Origin: Methanobacteriota archaeon
GTDB taxonomy: Archaea > Thermoplasmatota > Poseidoniia > Poseidoniales > Thalassarchaeaceae
Length of the DNA: 46,382 nt
Reading direction: 5' to 3'
Assembly: GCA_002719615.1 (NCBI GenBank)
Contig: PBHZ01000010.1
Coordinates: forward strand, 1-46,382
The notes under the pieces were generated by a model that saw nothing but the letters and a program-made list of their open reading frames with translations, ran no database searches and was not told where the DNA came from. Below are positions 35,129 to 45,200 of this stretch, in pieces. A program made the position numbers and the translations under genes. Numbering within the stretch: the first letter of the stretch is position 1; every line of letters starts with the position of its first letter.

Positions 35129-35785
35129 TTATTCTGTTTCGTCGGAATCTTCTGATTTTTCTTGCGAAGCTTGTTCTTTAACAGCATCAAGAGCTTCATT
35201 CATACGGTCTTTGAATGTATCTTGCTTTTGCCGGAACTCAGCCATAGCTTGTACTGCACTGTCTATCATCTCATATCTAGTTTGAATAGCTTCATTGAGG
35301 TTTTCAAATAATTGCATATGTTGAACATACCAGTCATCCCTTGCAGACATTTCAGTAGTTGCTGTTTGTAAAGCTTCATCTAATTCTTCGGCTACTTCGA
35401 AAACACGCCCTAACCTTGCCTTTTCTCTGGAATACATTTCTTCTGTTTTCTCTAGTTTTGGTTCAAGATGTTCTATAGTTTTATTTGCCTTGGCACGCTC
35501 TAATTCCATTGCTCTCAAACGCTCATCTTTCTCATCCAGAAGTGCTTGAATTCCTTCTTTCTCAATTTCACTATTTACAGCCTCTTTTTCTAAAACTTCA
35601 ATAATGGCTTGTAATTCTTCATTTAGCTTTGATGATTCATTATATGCAATATATAATTTTTCTAATCTATCATTTGCTATTCTCAAATCCTCTTCTAAAT
35701 TTACTGAAGATGGAGCGTTTGGTTCAGGAAAACCGATTCCATTTTCGCCTTCGTTCATGTCTGCCTCGATATGTTCCACAACCAC
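35129..35785 (-). CDS. Acidic coiled-coil protein, function unknown
   Basis: 218 aa, heptad-rich, Glu/Lys/Leu-dominated (LEKLYIAYNESSKLNEELQAIIEVLEKE...). GTG start. Confidence 0.55.
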   Translation of the reverse strand: MVVEHIEADMNEGENGIGFPEPNAPSSVNLEEDLRIANDRLEKLYIAYNESSKLNEELQAIIEVLEKEAVNSEIEKEGIQALLDEKDERLRAMELERAKANKTIEHLEPKLEKTEEMYSREKARLGRVFEVAEELDEALQTATTEMSARDDWYVQHMQLFENLNEAIQTRYEMIDSAVQAMAEFRQKQDTFKDRMNEALDAVKEQASQEKSEDSDETE

Positions 35786-35790
35786 ATCTG

Positions 35791-35812
35791 ATTTAACATC
35801 GGCGGAATTAAT
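35791..35812 (-). promoter_or_regulatory. Weaker third copy of the CCGCCGA-core motif (ATTAATTCCGCCGATGTTAAAT on the minus strand) upstream of the coiled-coil gene
   Basis: 14/22 identity to the 15059 motif, including the whole TxCCGCCGA core. The core sits 14-20 nt upstream of GTG 35785, similar to the geometry at 15084. Confidence 0.3.
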
Positions 35813-35839
35813 ATCATTCTTGAGTCAAAAAATACAATT

Positions 35840-37276
35840 TTAACTTGATATTGCAGCGATTGTTGCAGAAAGAACAGCAGTTAGTCTTTTTGAGGATGGA
35901 ATGTGAAGTTTTTCATCTGGCCCATGAGCATTGTTACCTGGTCCGCCGGTACCAGTACAAAGGAATTTAGTATCTGGATATTTTTCTTGTATCATAGCCA
36001 TAAAAGGAATCGTTCCTCCAACCCATGTGGCCAATGGAGGTAATCCAGTTATATACATAGAAGCATCATGTAATGATTGAAGTAGTGCTCCTTCCAAAGG
36101 AGGTGCATGAAAACCATCTGCCGAAGAGTCTAGGGAGAAGTTGACTTGTGAGCCAAATGGAGGATTGTCTTCTAATTTTTCTTTGATTATTTTCTCAACA
36201 GAATTTGCCTTTATACCAGGAGGGATTCTAAAACTTAATTTAAAGTCAGTATTAGTACGTAGTACATTACCTGCATTTTGTACCGAGGGTATGCCATCTG
36301 CACCTATTACAGTCAATGCTGGTCTCCAATTAACATCGAGTAAGCTTTCTTCAACAGATTCTGATTGTGAAATCAGTGTATCTATTACAGGTAAAGTCTC
36401 CCATATCGAATTTCCAATTATTTCTGCAAGAGTTTTTGCTTGCTCTCGAATTGTTTCAGTTATTGTAGTATGCATTTCAGGAATTATGATTTCACCGGTA
36501 AGAGAATCTTCGACTCTATCTAAAAGAATTCTTTGAATTCTAAATGAAGATGGTATAGTTCCACCAGACATTCCTGAATGTACTCCTTCATGAGATACTT
36601 TTACAGAAAGCGTCCCTGATACTAATCCTCTCAGAGCTTCAGTTGTCCAAATATGGTCATAATCAGGCCCACCACTATCTAATACCACAACTAAGTCAGG
36701 ATTTCCAAGTTGATCAGTTAATTTTTCAAGGTAAGGAGGTAAATCGAAAGAGCCAGATTCTTCACATGTTTCAATCAAGAATTTGCAGGTTGGATGAGGA
36801 ATTCCGAGTTCTTGTAGTATTCTCAATGCTGTAACACAAAGATAGCCGCCATAACCATCGTCTAATGCTCCCCGACCGAATAGCCATGGATCTCTTCTAA
36901 CTCCTTTCAAAGGATGTAACCCTTCAGACCACAGTTCTGGTTTAGAAGGTTGCTTGTCTAAATGAGAATAAAATATTACTTCACCTGGCCCTGTTCCTTC
37001 TACATTAACCAGAAGAACAGGAGTAGAATTTTCTATTTTATGTACTTCGTATGACATTCCAGAAAGTTTTTGTTTATCTAGCCAGGAACAAAATAAATTA
37101 ATTGTTGCGTCTAATTCTCCTTTATTTGCCCAATTGGGCTCAAATGCAGGAGAAAGTGCTTCAATTTCAATAAATTTTTTCAAACTGGGTAAGATTGATT
37201 CTTCCCATAATTCATCACTACGTTTCATCAATGCATCGAGGTCAAGAGGCATGATGTCCTGTCTACCACCTTGCAA
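35840..37276 (-). CDS. M20-family metallopeptidase (dipeptidase, CNDP-like)
   Basis: VIFYSHLDKQP (HxD metal motif), GRGALDDGYG, and ETCEESGS (catalytic/metal Glu-Glu). 478 aa. Confidence 0.85.
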   Translation of the reverse strand: MQGGRQDIMPLDLDALMKRSDELWEESILPSLKKFIEIEALSPAFEPNWANKGELDATINLFCSWLDKQKLSGMSYEVHKIENSTPVLLVNVEGTGPGEVIFYSHLDKQPSKPELWSEGLHPLKGVRRDPWLFGRGALDDGYGGYLCVTALRILQELGIPHPTCKFLIETCEESGSFDLPPYLEKLTDQLGNPDLVVVLDSGGPDYDHIWTTEALRGLVSGTLSVKVSHEGVHSGMSGGTIPSSFRIQRILLDRVEDSLTGEIIIPEMHTTITETIREQAKTLAEIIGNSIWETLPVIDTLISQSESVEESLLDVNWRPALTVIGADGIPSVQNAGNVLRTNTDFKLSFRIPPGIKANSVEKIIKEKLEDNPPFGSQVNFSLDSSADGFHAPPLEGALLQSLHDASMYITGLPPLATWVGGTIPFMAMIQEKYPDTKFLCTGTGGPGNNAHGPDEKLHIPSSKRLTAVLSATIAAISS

Positions 37277-37297
37277 ATGTATTCTTCGTTTAATTAG

Positions 37298-40200
37298 TTA
37301 ATTTAACGGGCCACAGATAGGTAATTCTCCTTGATTAAATGGACATTTATGACATATGTCAGATTTACTTGATTCTAAAGGAGGGAAATTAGAAAGTGAT
37401 ACATTAGAGCCTAGAGACATTCTAGCTGCTAATGATAAATTTTCTTCTAAATCATCTAATGCATTTTGTAACATATCATCTGGATAGACTACTAATCTTC
37501 CTGTGACTCCAATCAAAATTGCTGGAGAAAGGACTTTTCTTGAAGGAAAACCATATTTTGACCTTTCATTTTCAATATTTTGTAGTGCTATATAGTAAAG
37601 AGCTTGTTGCATTCTATGTTCCAATAAAATTTCTATTTCTGCTTGGCATTTTGGTTCAGTTGAAGTCTCTCCTAATGCTTCAATCAATCCATCTGTATTT
37701 TGATCTATCAATTTACTTGCTTCTTCTGTTTTGAGATCTATGGGGCGAATTGTGGATTTTCCATTAATAACAGTACAAAGTACGAGATCAATAAGACCAC
37801 TCATTTCAATATTAGCAAATTCAATTTTAGATAATGACTCATAGCCTTCAGGAGTCCACCGACTACGAATTAAGCCATTTAAATCTATTTTTTTAGTAAT
37901 GTTAAATGGCATTTCAGTTCTTAATCCCTCAACTCTATGTCCATCAAAAATTTCACCTCTAGATAGTCTACCAAGAGGTCCGGATTTTATCCTATTAATC
38001 ATTAAATTGACTAAATGAGTGGTGCTCTCTCGATCTGCTTCAAAAGGCAATAGCTCATCAAAAACTGTATTATGTATTTCAGGGCTATCAATTAAATCAA
38101 TTTCTCTCTTTATCCATGATTCAGGTAATGGAGTTGATGGATATTCTCCTTTTGGACCGGGATTACCTATACCTATCTCGATTATCCTATGAACTATTGT
38201 ACCAAAAAGAGCAGCGTCAATTCCCCTCGGTAGTCCATTTGTTGAATTTACATCTATTGATGAAATGATAGGTTTAGGAGATAGGCCACCGATTGTCTCA
38301 TACCAATGCCTTCTTGGGCATTTTTCTATGATTGAAATTCTACTTGGTACAATCTTCAATCTTGCAGAGAAATCTGTTCTTGGAGAAATAAGAGAGTTTT
38401 TTTGTCGAGATACAGAATTTCTGGCAAATGTATCTAAATTTTCTATTCTAGTCAAAGGAGTTGATACAGGAGAAGATTGATTTACAGAAATAAAACAATC
38501 AGGATGATGTAATACTGTTAATCCTTTTAATGACTTGGAATTGCCTAAAAATCCCTCAGAAAATAATGAAGATGGGTCAAATTCACGATATCCTCGATTT
38601 TTTATATCTATTTCAGCTGTCAAATCATCAGATTGATCAAGCCACGGTGAATCTTGTTCATTCCTATTGGCTGATCCTTGGCGTAATGATTCTATCCACA
38701 TTTCACCTAATTGAGGTAATGATTCTGAATATGTCCAAGGGAATTTTATTCCTTTTCCATCCACCCATCTAGTGCCTTTTGTTGACCCGACTATGATGAG
38801 TTTATTTTGTGCCCTAGTTGCTCCAACATAAAGAAGTCTACGTGATTCAGCACTTTTGCGTGCTTGGTAAATCTTTCTGACATGTTTCCATAAAGCGGAT
38901 AATGGAGATTTTTCATTAGACCAGGGCTTTGGATTACCGGCGAAAAGCTCCGGCGTTACAATCAGTCTGTTTCTATCATCTATCGTCATATTGGTTTGTC
39001 GACCAGAAAATAAATCTGCAAGAATAACTACTTTGGCTTGTAGTCCTTTTGACCCATGTATAGTCATTACTCTGACTGCATCGCTCGGAGGGATTGTCAC
39101 TGCTTCCAGAGAATTACCACCACTTTCTCTTAAATCGCGTATTTTATCTGCTAAAATAATTGAATCTCCACCAACTTCTCTAGATAAAATTCTTATAATA
39201 TCTATTATTTGTTCTAGGTCTTGTCGAGATACTATATCTGGAAACGCCATTAAAATATCTGACCTATCTACTGTTTCTTCTAAAAGATCGACTATACGTC
39301 CTTCTGAAGAGAGATCTATCCATCTTTGTACCAATTCTTTTTGTCTCTCGTTGATTGTAAAATCTCTTAATCTGATTAGTAAATTATCTTCTTTTTTAGA
39401 GTAAAAAAGATATTCTTGTAGTTTAGCATCATCAAATCCAATCAAAGAAGATCTTGCAACCCAAGAAGCGTGATGTCTGGAAAATGGTCGTGCAATGAAT
39501 TGCAGTAACCCTTCTATTGTATGAGCCGCTGGTCGATCAAGTAATCCTCCTTCACGATCGGCCTGTGCAGGAATTCCTAAGTTGTGCAAATGACGGATTA
39601 TAATATCTCTAATTTTACTCCTACTTGGCAGTAGTATCATTATTTCACTAGGTTCTACAGGATTTTCCGCCGGTAATTCTATCCAATTTCCTCCAGATGA
39701 AATAACTTTTATTGGTTTACCTTCGATTAAATTCTTTATTCTTAGGGCTATCATCAAACTTTGTCTTTCAATAGAATCCGATTTTCCAGGTCCAAATGGA
39801 TCAAGAGGTATTCGTAAATCAGTAGGTGGATTTTCGTCTCCCTCTATACCTAAAGGACAAATCCATTCTAATGACCCTTGAGCATCGATTTTATCCTTAC
39901 TTGGAAATAGACGCTGCGGGCTTGCGTAGAAATTACCGTTGGGAAAATGTCTGTGTTTATCATTAAAGATATCTTGCCACCACTCATTCATAACATTAAG
40001 TAAAGCACCATCAGTCCTGTAATTGATTTGTAAACTAATTAGCCCTTGTTTTCTACATTCTACCTCTTGCGAAGTTGGTATAGGAAGATGAGGGTCAGAT
40101 AAATCAAATGGTATCCATGGTATTAAATTTCGGCCGCCTTCTTCATTTACTTCAGCGCCCTTTATTATATTCAAATTATATGAGTTTCTTGGATCCCGAC

Positions 40201-42229
40201 TTGCGTCTGATTTACGTAAGGGTGGTTTACGAGTTAATTCCTTTATACTAGAAAATTCATGTTGATTAATATCTCTTAAGGTTCTCGAGTATTCTAGAAA
40301 TCCAGTAACTTCTGCTTGACGAAATGCGTAGATGCTTTGCTTTACATCCCCAACATAGCAAATAGTTGGTTGCCATGGTGTATTTGGTACATCAGGATCT
40401 TCATCTTGAATAGTTCTCTCGCCCCATAATCTGGAAAGTAGTCTCCATTGTAAAGGAGAGTTGTCTTGAGCTTCATCAATAATGAAAGCACGATAACGTC
40501 GTCTAATTTGTTTCAATAATTCATAACGTTGAGTTAAATCTAAACGAATTGTAGATAGTTTTTCTAGATAATTACCAGCTTTTTTTTGATTTTTTTCTAA
40601 TTTTTCTAATACAGAAAATGCTTCGGTTATATGATCATCGCGCCATGTTTCCGTATTTAATGAATTCAAAGCATCTTGTATTGATTGCGGATAAAATGTC
40701 CGACATATTTCAGGGCAATTGGCAAGTAGTAAATCTCCGGTCAATCTTTGAACATCGTCATAATCATGTGTTTCTTCATTTTTCTTTAAATTTTTCAAGA
40801 TTCCTAAAAAACCATCATGTACTAGTTTTAAATTTTCTAAATTATTCACTTCTGCCTCTAGTGTGAAATGAAATTTATCAATTTTTGAATCATTTGATAA
40901 TCTGCTAGGAAGAGGGAATGGAAGAGGTTGTAAAGGATGTTTCCAAACAGTAGAAGTCAGTGGGGGATTGGAATTATCAAGCATAAGTGTAACTTGAGTA
41001 AAGTGTAGAATGAGTTTACCAATCTTTCCATACCATAGATTTTTAATCTGTGAAGAAATTTCTTTTAGACCGATTTTAACCATTTCTCTTGTTGTTTTGT
41101 TTTCAATTTCAGTATAATTTCTAATTCCACTTTCCCATGTATCTGAAGGTAACTTAGAATTTGGAAAAATAGATGGTTTATTATTCATTATTGATGCTTT
41201 AGAAGTAATACAAAGTAACAAATGGCCGAGTCGGATTAATTGTTTCCACTTATCAATAGGAGGTTGTGACTCGCAGAGAGAATCAAGACATGCTATTCTT
41301 GTATCAGAAAATACTCCTTCTGGTGCTAGAACAGTAATGTTTTCTTTAACAAAATTACAATATTTTGTTACTAAGGTAAATAGTTCTCTTGAGAAATTTG
41401 TTAGTTCTTCTTGATCTATAGACAGAATAATTCTTTCCTTAAGTGATTCTGGATTGATTTTTCCATCTTTATTAGTCATAAGTCTCGTACTTTCCTCGAT
41501 AAATATCGATTTGTAGACTAAATTTCTCAGGACGTTTGTTGCACTTTTTCTACTTGAATAATGCTTAGAAATATTATCTCTGGCATCTAGGACTTGTGAA
41601 GCTATCTCTGAAGGTATTCCTGCATCGACTGCATCTCCGATTAAGTTGATTGAGTTTGGAAGTCTCCAAAGAATATTGATTGCAGATTCTACCAAAAGTA
41701 TCCGGCTAGTGTCAGAAATTACATCTTTACTATTAAAATCTCCTAAATACCCTCTATAGGGAGATATTAATTGATTAAAAAATGAGTCTATAGTTCCAAT
41801 CGGAGCATCTTCCAAGAGTGTTAGAAGTTGTTCATTGAATCCTTGATGGCGGATTCTTGGATCTGTTCTACTTATTCCGTCATCACTTATTGGCCCTGGT
41901 TTTAATTTTGAAATACGCTTCCTTAATCTATCACGCATTTCATCTGATGCTCTATTGGTAAATGTAAGTAAAACAACCTCACTAGGAAGAAGGCCTCGCC
42001 ATTTGCGAAGATCAATCGTTTCTGATGCAGGAGACATCAATAAACCACCTTCTAATTTTGATGGTCTTTCCGGCATGGGTAAAATTCTAGTCGCACGCTG
42101 ATCTTCTGTGAGATAATGTTCTATTACTCTATCAACAATTGTACTTGTTTTACCAGTTCCTGCTCCAGCATCAACCACAATATGGGAATCAAGGTTTAAC
42201 GCTAAACGCTGGGCTGTATTTAGGCGCAT
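37298..42229 (-). CDS. AddA-like SF1 (UvrD/Rep-type) helicase fused to a C-terminal Cys4-stapled PD-(D/E)XK (Cas4/AddB-type) nuclease, 1643 aa
   Basis: Helicase motifs: I DAGAGTGKTS (res 20-29); Ia LLTFTNRASDEMRDRL; II FIIDEAQDNSP (res 582-592); III YVGDVKQSIYAFRQAE; IV LQINYRT; V VMTIHGSKGLQAKVVILAD; VI RRLLYVGATRAQNKLIIVG. Nuclease motifs: GTIVHRIIE, GLIDLV, IDLKT, QQALYY. Cysteines at residues 1304, 1626, 1629 and 1639. Confidence 0.85.
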   Translation of the reverse strand: MRLNTAQRLALNLDSHIVVDAGAGTGKTSTIVDRVIEHYLTEDQRATRILPMPERPSKLEGGLLMSPASETIDLRKWRGLLPSEVVLLTFTNRASDEMRDRLRKRISKLKPGPISDDGISRTDPRIRHQGFNEQLLTLLEDAPIGTIDSFFNQLISPYRGYLGDFNSKDVISDTSRILLVESAINILWRLPNSINLIGDAVDAGIPSEIASQVLDARDNISKHYSSRKSATNVLRNLVYKSIFIEESTRLMTNKDGKINPESLKERIILSIDQEELTNFSRELFTLVTKYCNFVKENITVLAPEGVFSDTRIACLDSLCESQPPIDKWKQLIRLGHLLLCITSKASIMNNKPSIFPNSKLPSDTWESGIRNYTEIENKTTREMVKIGLKEISSQIKNLWYGKIGKLILHFTQVTLMLDNSNPPLTSTVWKHPLQPLPFPLPSRLSNDSKIDKFHFTLEAEVNNLENLKLVHDGFLGILKNLKKNEETHDYDDVQRLTGDLLLANCPEICRTFYPQSIQDALNSLNTETWRDDHITEAFSVLEKLEKNQKKAGNYLEKLSTIRLDLTQRYELLKQIRRRYRAFIIDEAQDNSPLQWRLLSRLWGERTIQDEDPDVPNTPWQPTICYVGDVKQSIYAFRQAEVTGFLEYSRTLRDINQHEFSSIKELTRKPPLRKSDASRDPRNSYNLNIIKGAEVNEEGGRNLIPWIPFDLSDPHLPIPTSQEVECRKQGLISLQINYRTDGALLNVMNEWWQDIFNDKHRHFPNGNFYASPQRLFPSKDKIDAQGSLEWICPLGIEGDENPPTDLRIPLDPFGPGKSDSIERQSLMIALRIKNLIEGKPIKVISSGGNWIELPAENPVEPSEIMILLPSRSKIRDIIIRHLHNLGIPAQADREGGLLDRPAAHTIEGLLQFIARPFSRHHASWVARSSLIGFDDAKLQEYLFYSKKEDNLLIRLRDFTINERQKELVQRWIDLSSEGRIVDLLEETVDRSDILMAFPDIVSRQDLEQIIDIIRILSREVGGDSIILADKIRDLRESGGNSLEAVTIPPSDAVRVMTIHGSKGLQAKVVILADLFSGRQTNMTIDDRNRLIVTPELFAGNPKPWSNEKSPLSALWKHVRKIYQARKSAESRRLLYVGATRAQNKLIIVGSTKGTRWVDGKGIKFPWTYSESLPQLGEMWIESLRQGSANRNEQDSPWLDQSDDLTAEIDIKNRGYREFDPSSLFSEGFLGNSKSLKGLTVLHHPDCFISVNQSSPVSTPLTRIENLDTFARNSVSRQKNSLISPRTDFSARLKIVPSRISIIEKCPRRHWYETIGGLSPKPIISSIDVNSTNGLPRGIDAALFGTIVHRIIEIGIGNPGPKGEYPSTPLPESWIKREIDLIDSPEIHNTVFDELLPFEADRESTTHLVNLMINRIKSGPLGRLSRGEIFDGHRVEGLRTEMPFNITKKIDLNGLIRSRWTPEGYESLSKIEFANIEMSGLIDLVLCTVINGKSTIRPIDLKTEEASKLIDQNTDGLIEALGETSTEPKCQAEIEILLEHRMQQALYYIALQNIENERSKYGFPSRKVLSPAILIGVTGRLVVYPDDMLQNALDDLEENLSLAARMSLGSNVSLSNFPPLESSKSDICHKCPFNQGELPICGPLN

Positions 42230-45200
42230 TAAAAATCATCCTCCATCTTAACATCACATATTTGTTTCACTGAACAGTAACTACAAACTTTTTTTGAAGG
42301 AGTTGGATGTACTTTTCCTAATTTAGCATTATTAGCAACTCCCAAAGAGACCGACAATCGGTGAGTAAGCCAAGCTCTGAATTGATCACTACTAGGATTA
42401 TTATTTTCATTTGGAAATCTGTATAAATCTTCTGTTGTTCTTGAAATGATACCAATGTCTAATTTATTGATATGAGGAAAAAAATTAGATGTTTCTAGAT
42501 TATGTGATGTATTATGACTAAACAGAGATATCCCAACACCTACTACAAGATCTCCGGGATGTGCAATTTCCCATGCTCTAGCATAAATGGCTAATTGTAA
42601 TTCCTCTAAAAGACCAATATTATGTCTCTCTTTAGAAGACTTGGATTCAGAGGTTTTCAAATCTCTTATAATTATCAATCTTTTTGGTTTCCAATCACTA
42701 TCAGTTAATTTTAGAGGAGCTATACTATTATCTCCATCTTTATTATACCATATTTTTCTATCTTTATCAAGGGGCACTTGGTCAACTCTATCTATCTTGC
42801 CCTTTACTTTTATTGGTGGTAGTTTTTGCATATTAGGGCTAGTAATCTCTGATGGAATGTCTATCTCTATTCCATTATCATCATAATTATCAGTATCCCA
42901 TTCAATGCTTATTGGCATACCATCTGATATACTAAATTCAGCCTCTATTATTGTTCCAATTCTTCCTTTGGGTTCTACTGGAGTAGGATTTGCAAGCCAA
43001 TCATTATACTGTTCTCTGTTCATTCCGGTAAGGACCTGAAGTCTATGGATAGAAACTGCATCTGTACGATCTAACCAAGGTGCTCTCGAATCTAATGATT
43101 CTAATGCTACTTTCATGACTTCATTTTTTGACAAATATGAGTTTCCGATATTGATATTTTCTCTTTTTCCATTAATACTATCAAACTCTTCACCTATTTT
43201 CATATTCAATATACGACATAAAATGTCATGATGTATGAAATGAAGAAGGTTACCATGGGTTCTTGAGTCTAGATCTTCAGATTGAAGTTCTTCTTGATTG
43301 GCCTTGAGGATCCTATTTAACCATCCACTTCTTGGGCATTTTAGCCAATCATGTAATTTACTGGCTGACCAAATTGTTACATTTTGTCCTAATCCAGTTC
43401 CATGTCCGTGCCGCGAATCGCTGACATTAATTCCTGTAGATATTGGAGTGAAGGGCCTAGGATCTATAGTAGGAGTTCTTTTTCCATCTTTAGTGATACC
43501 TCCTATCACTGGCCATGAAAAAAATTCTCTAGGTATTATTTCTCCAGGAGGGGTTTTCCTGGATAAATCAGAATAATTGAAATAAAAAATATGATCTCGT
43601 GATTCAAAAGATAAGTATTGATTATCATCTACTATATCCGGTTGTCTTCTTTCTCGCTCACGTTGTAATTGGACATCGAGAGGGATGGATATCGAACTAG
43701 GATTGATTGGTGAGTATTGTGCCTTAATGCCTTTTATCAATTTATTACCATCTAACTGACGGTAATCTCTTGGACTAGTGGGACTAAATTCTAATGTTAA
43801 TTTTTCTATGTTTTCGTTTGATAAGATCCATTCCCTGATTGGTGCTGTGGGAGGGGCTGTGTCATCTAAACTTGGATCAAGAATTATAGTTTCTTTTGCG
43901 GAAAATAATAGGTGTTTTAGGAAATGTCTGGCTTTTCTGATTGGTCCGTCCGGCCTCAGCAAATTGAATTTATGTCGTTCTTCTTCTCCGATAAATGGTA
44001 ACTTAGGAACTCTCATATCCCATGATGAGCTGGATAAATTTGCCAAGATGATTAAATCTGCCGAACAACCAATTGCTTGATCAGGAGTAAGTATTCTTAA
44101 CCTTGAACTACTTTTTAATTGATTATCTGGTAGTAAGACAGAATTCATCAAAGTCAGATATTCTTCAACCCAATCTGTGCCCCTCTTTGGATAATTGTGC
44201 TTCAAGTTTGATTGCATATTTCTTAATTCTTGATGAGATGTTAGAAGTGTTTGAATTACAAGAAATTTACCTGTATAATCATCCATAAAATCAGAATTTA
44301 TCAGATTATTGGATGATTTAAATTGATTTAATATCCACTTATCACCATCAATATTTGATTCATCCAATGGTAAAATAATCTCTGAATGACATCCTGTAAG
44401 TAGTTTTCTTTCTTTTAAGACAGAAATATCTTCTTCTCTGAGTAACGGTTGAAGGGATTTAGCAAGACTCAATAGCCACCACTGTGTTGATTCTTTCTTA
44501 ATCTCATCAATTTCAGAATTTGGAGGTCTAGCAAGAGATTCTAGCCATCTTCTAAGAGCCCCTGGGCCACCTAAAATATGATCATTCCTGGCTAAATTAG
44601 TCAATAATTGAAAATCTGGCATTGGTATAATTTCAGAATTAGTAGGGTGGATTAAATTTGATTCAAAAGGAGATATTGTTTCTTGTTGAGCAATAGTCCT
44701 CAAGGATTCTAAAGAAAAGCTATTTGCACTATGACCTAATGTAATTAACTGTTTGAGCCAATGACCATAGGAATCGCTGATTATTGATTTATTATTTTCC
44801 TTCATCGATAAACCAATATTTTCAATCAATCTTTTCCATCTAAAAATATTTGAATCTAGAGAGGGATCGATAATTATTACTGTTGACGTGGAATCTTTTT
44901 CAAGGAATTGTTGTGCAAGAGAAATAGCAGAATTAAAAGAATGATCCTCCCTTTGAAGAAGGTATCTTGTAACATTAGGCTGTTGTTTTATCAACTCAAT
45001 TTCATGCAAGGGAATCCATTGTGGTAACTCATTTTTAGAATTAATTGGATATTTGTCAATTAATAAAAAACCATGATGGCCAAGCCTGAAATTACCAGGA
45101 TATACCAATTGATGAATAGGACAATGATTAGATATGGACAATAATAATTCTTGATGAGATTTAAGCATCCCCGGAGGATGGTTCAGCATTATTATTCCTT

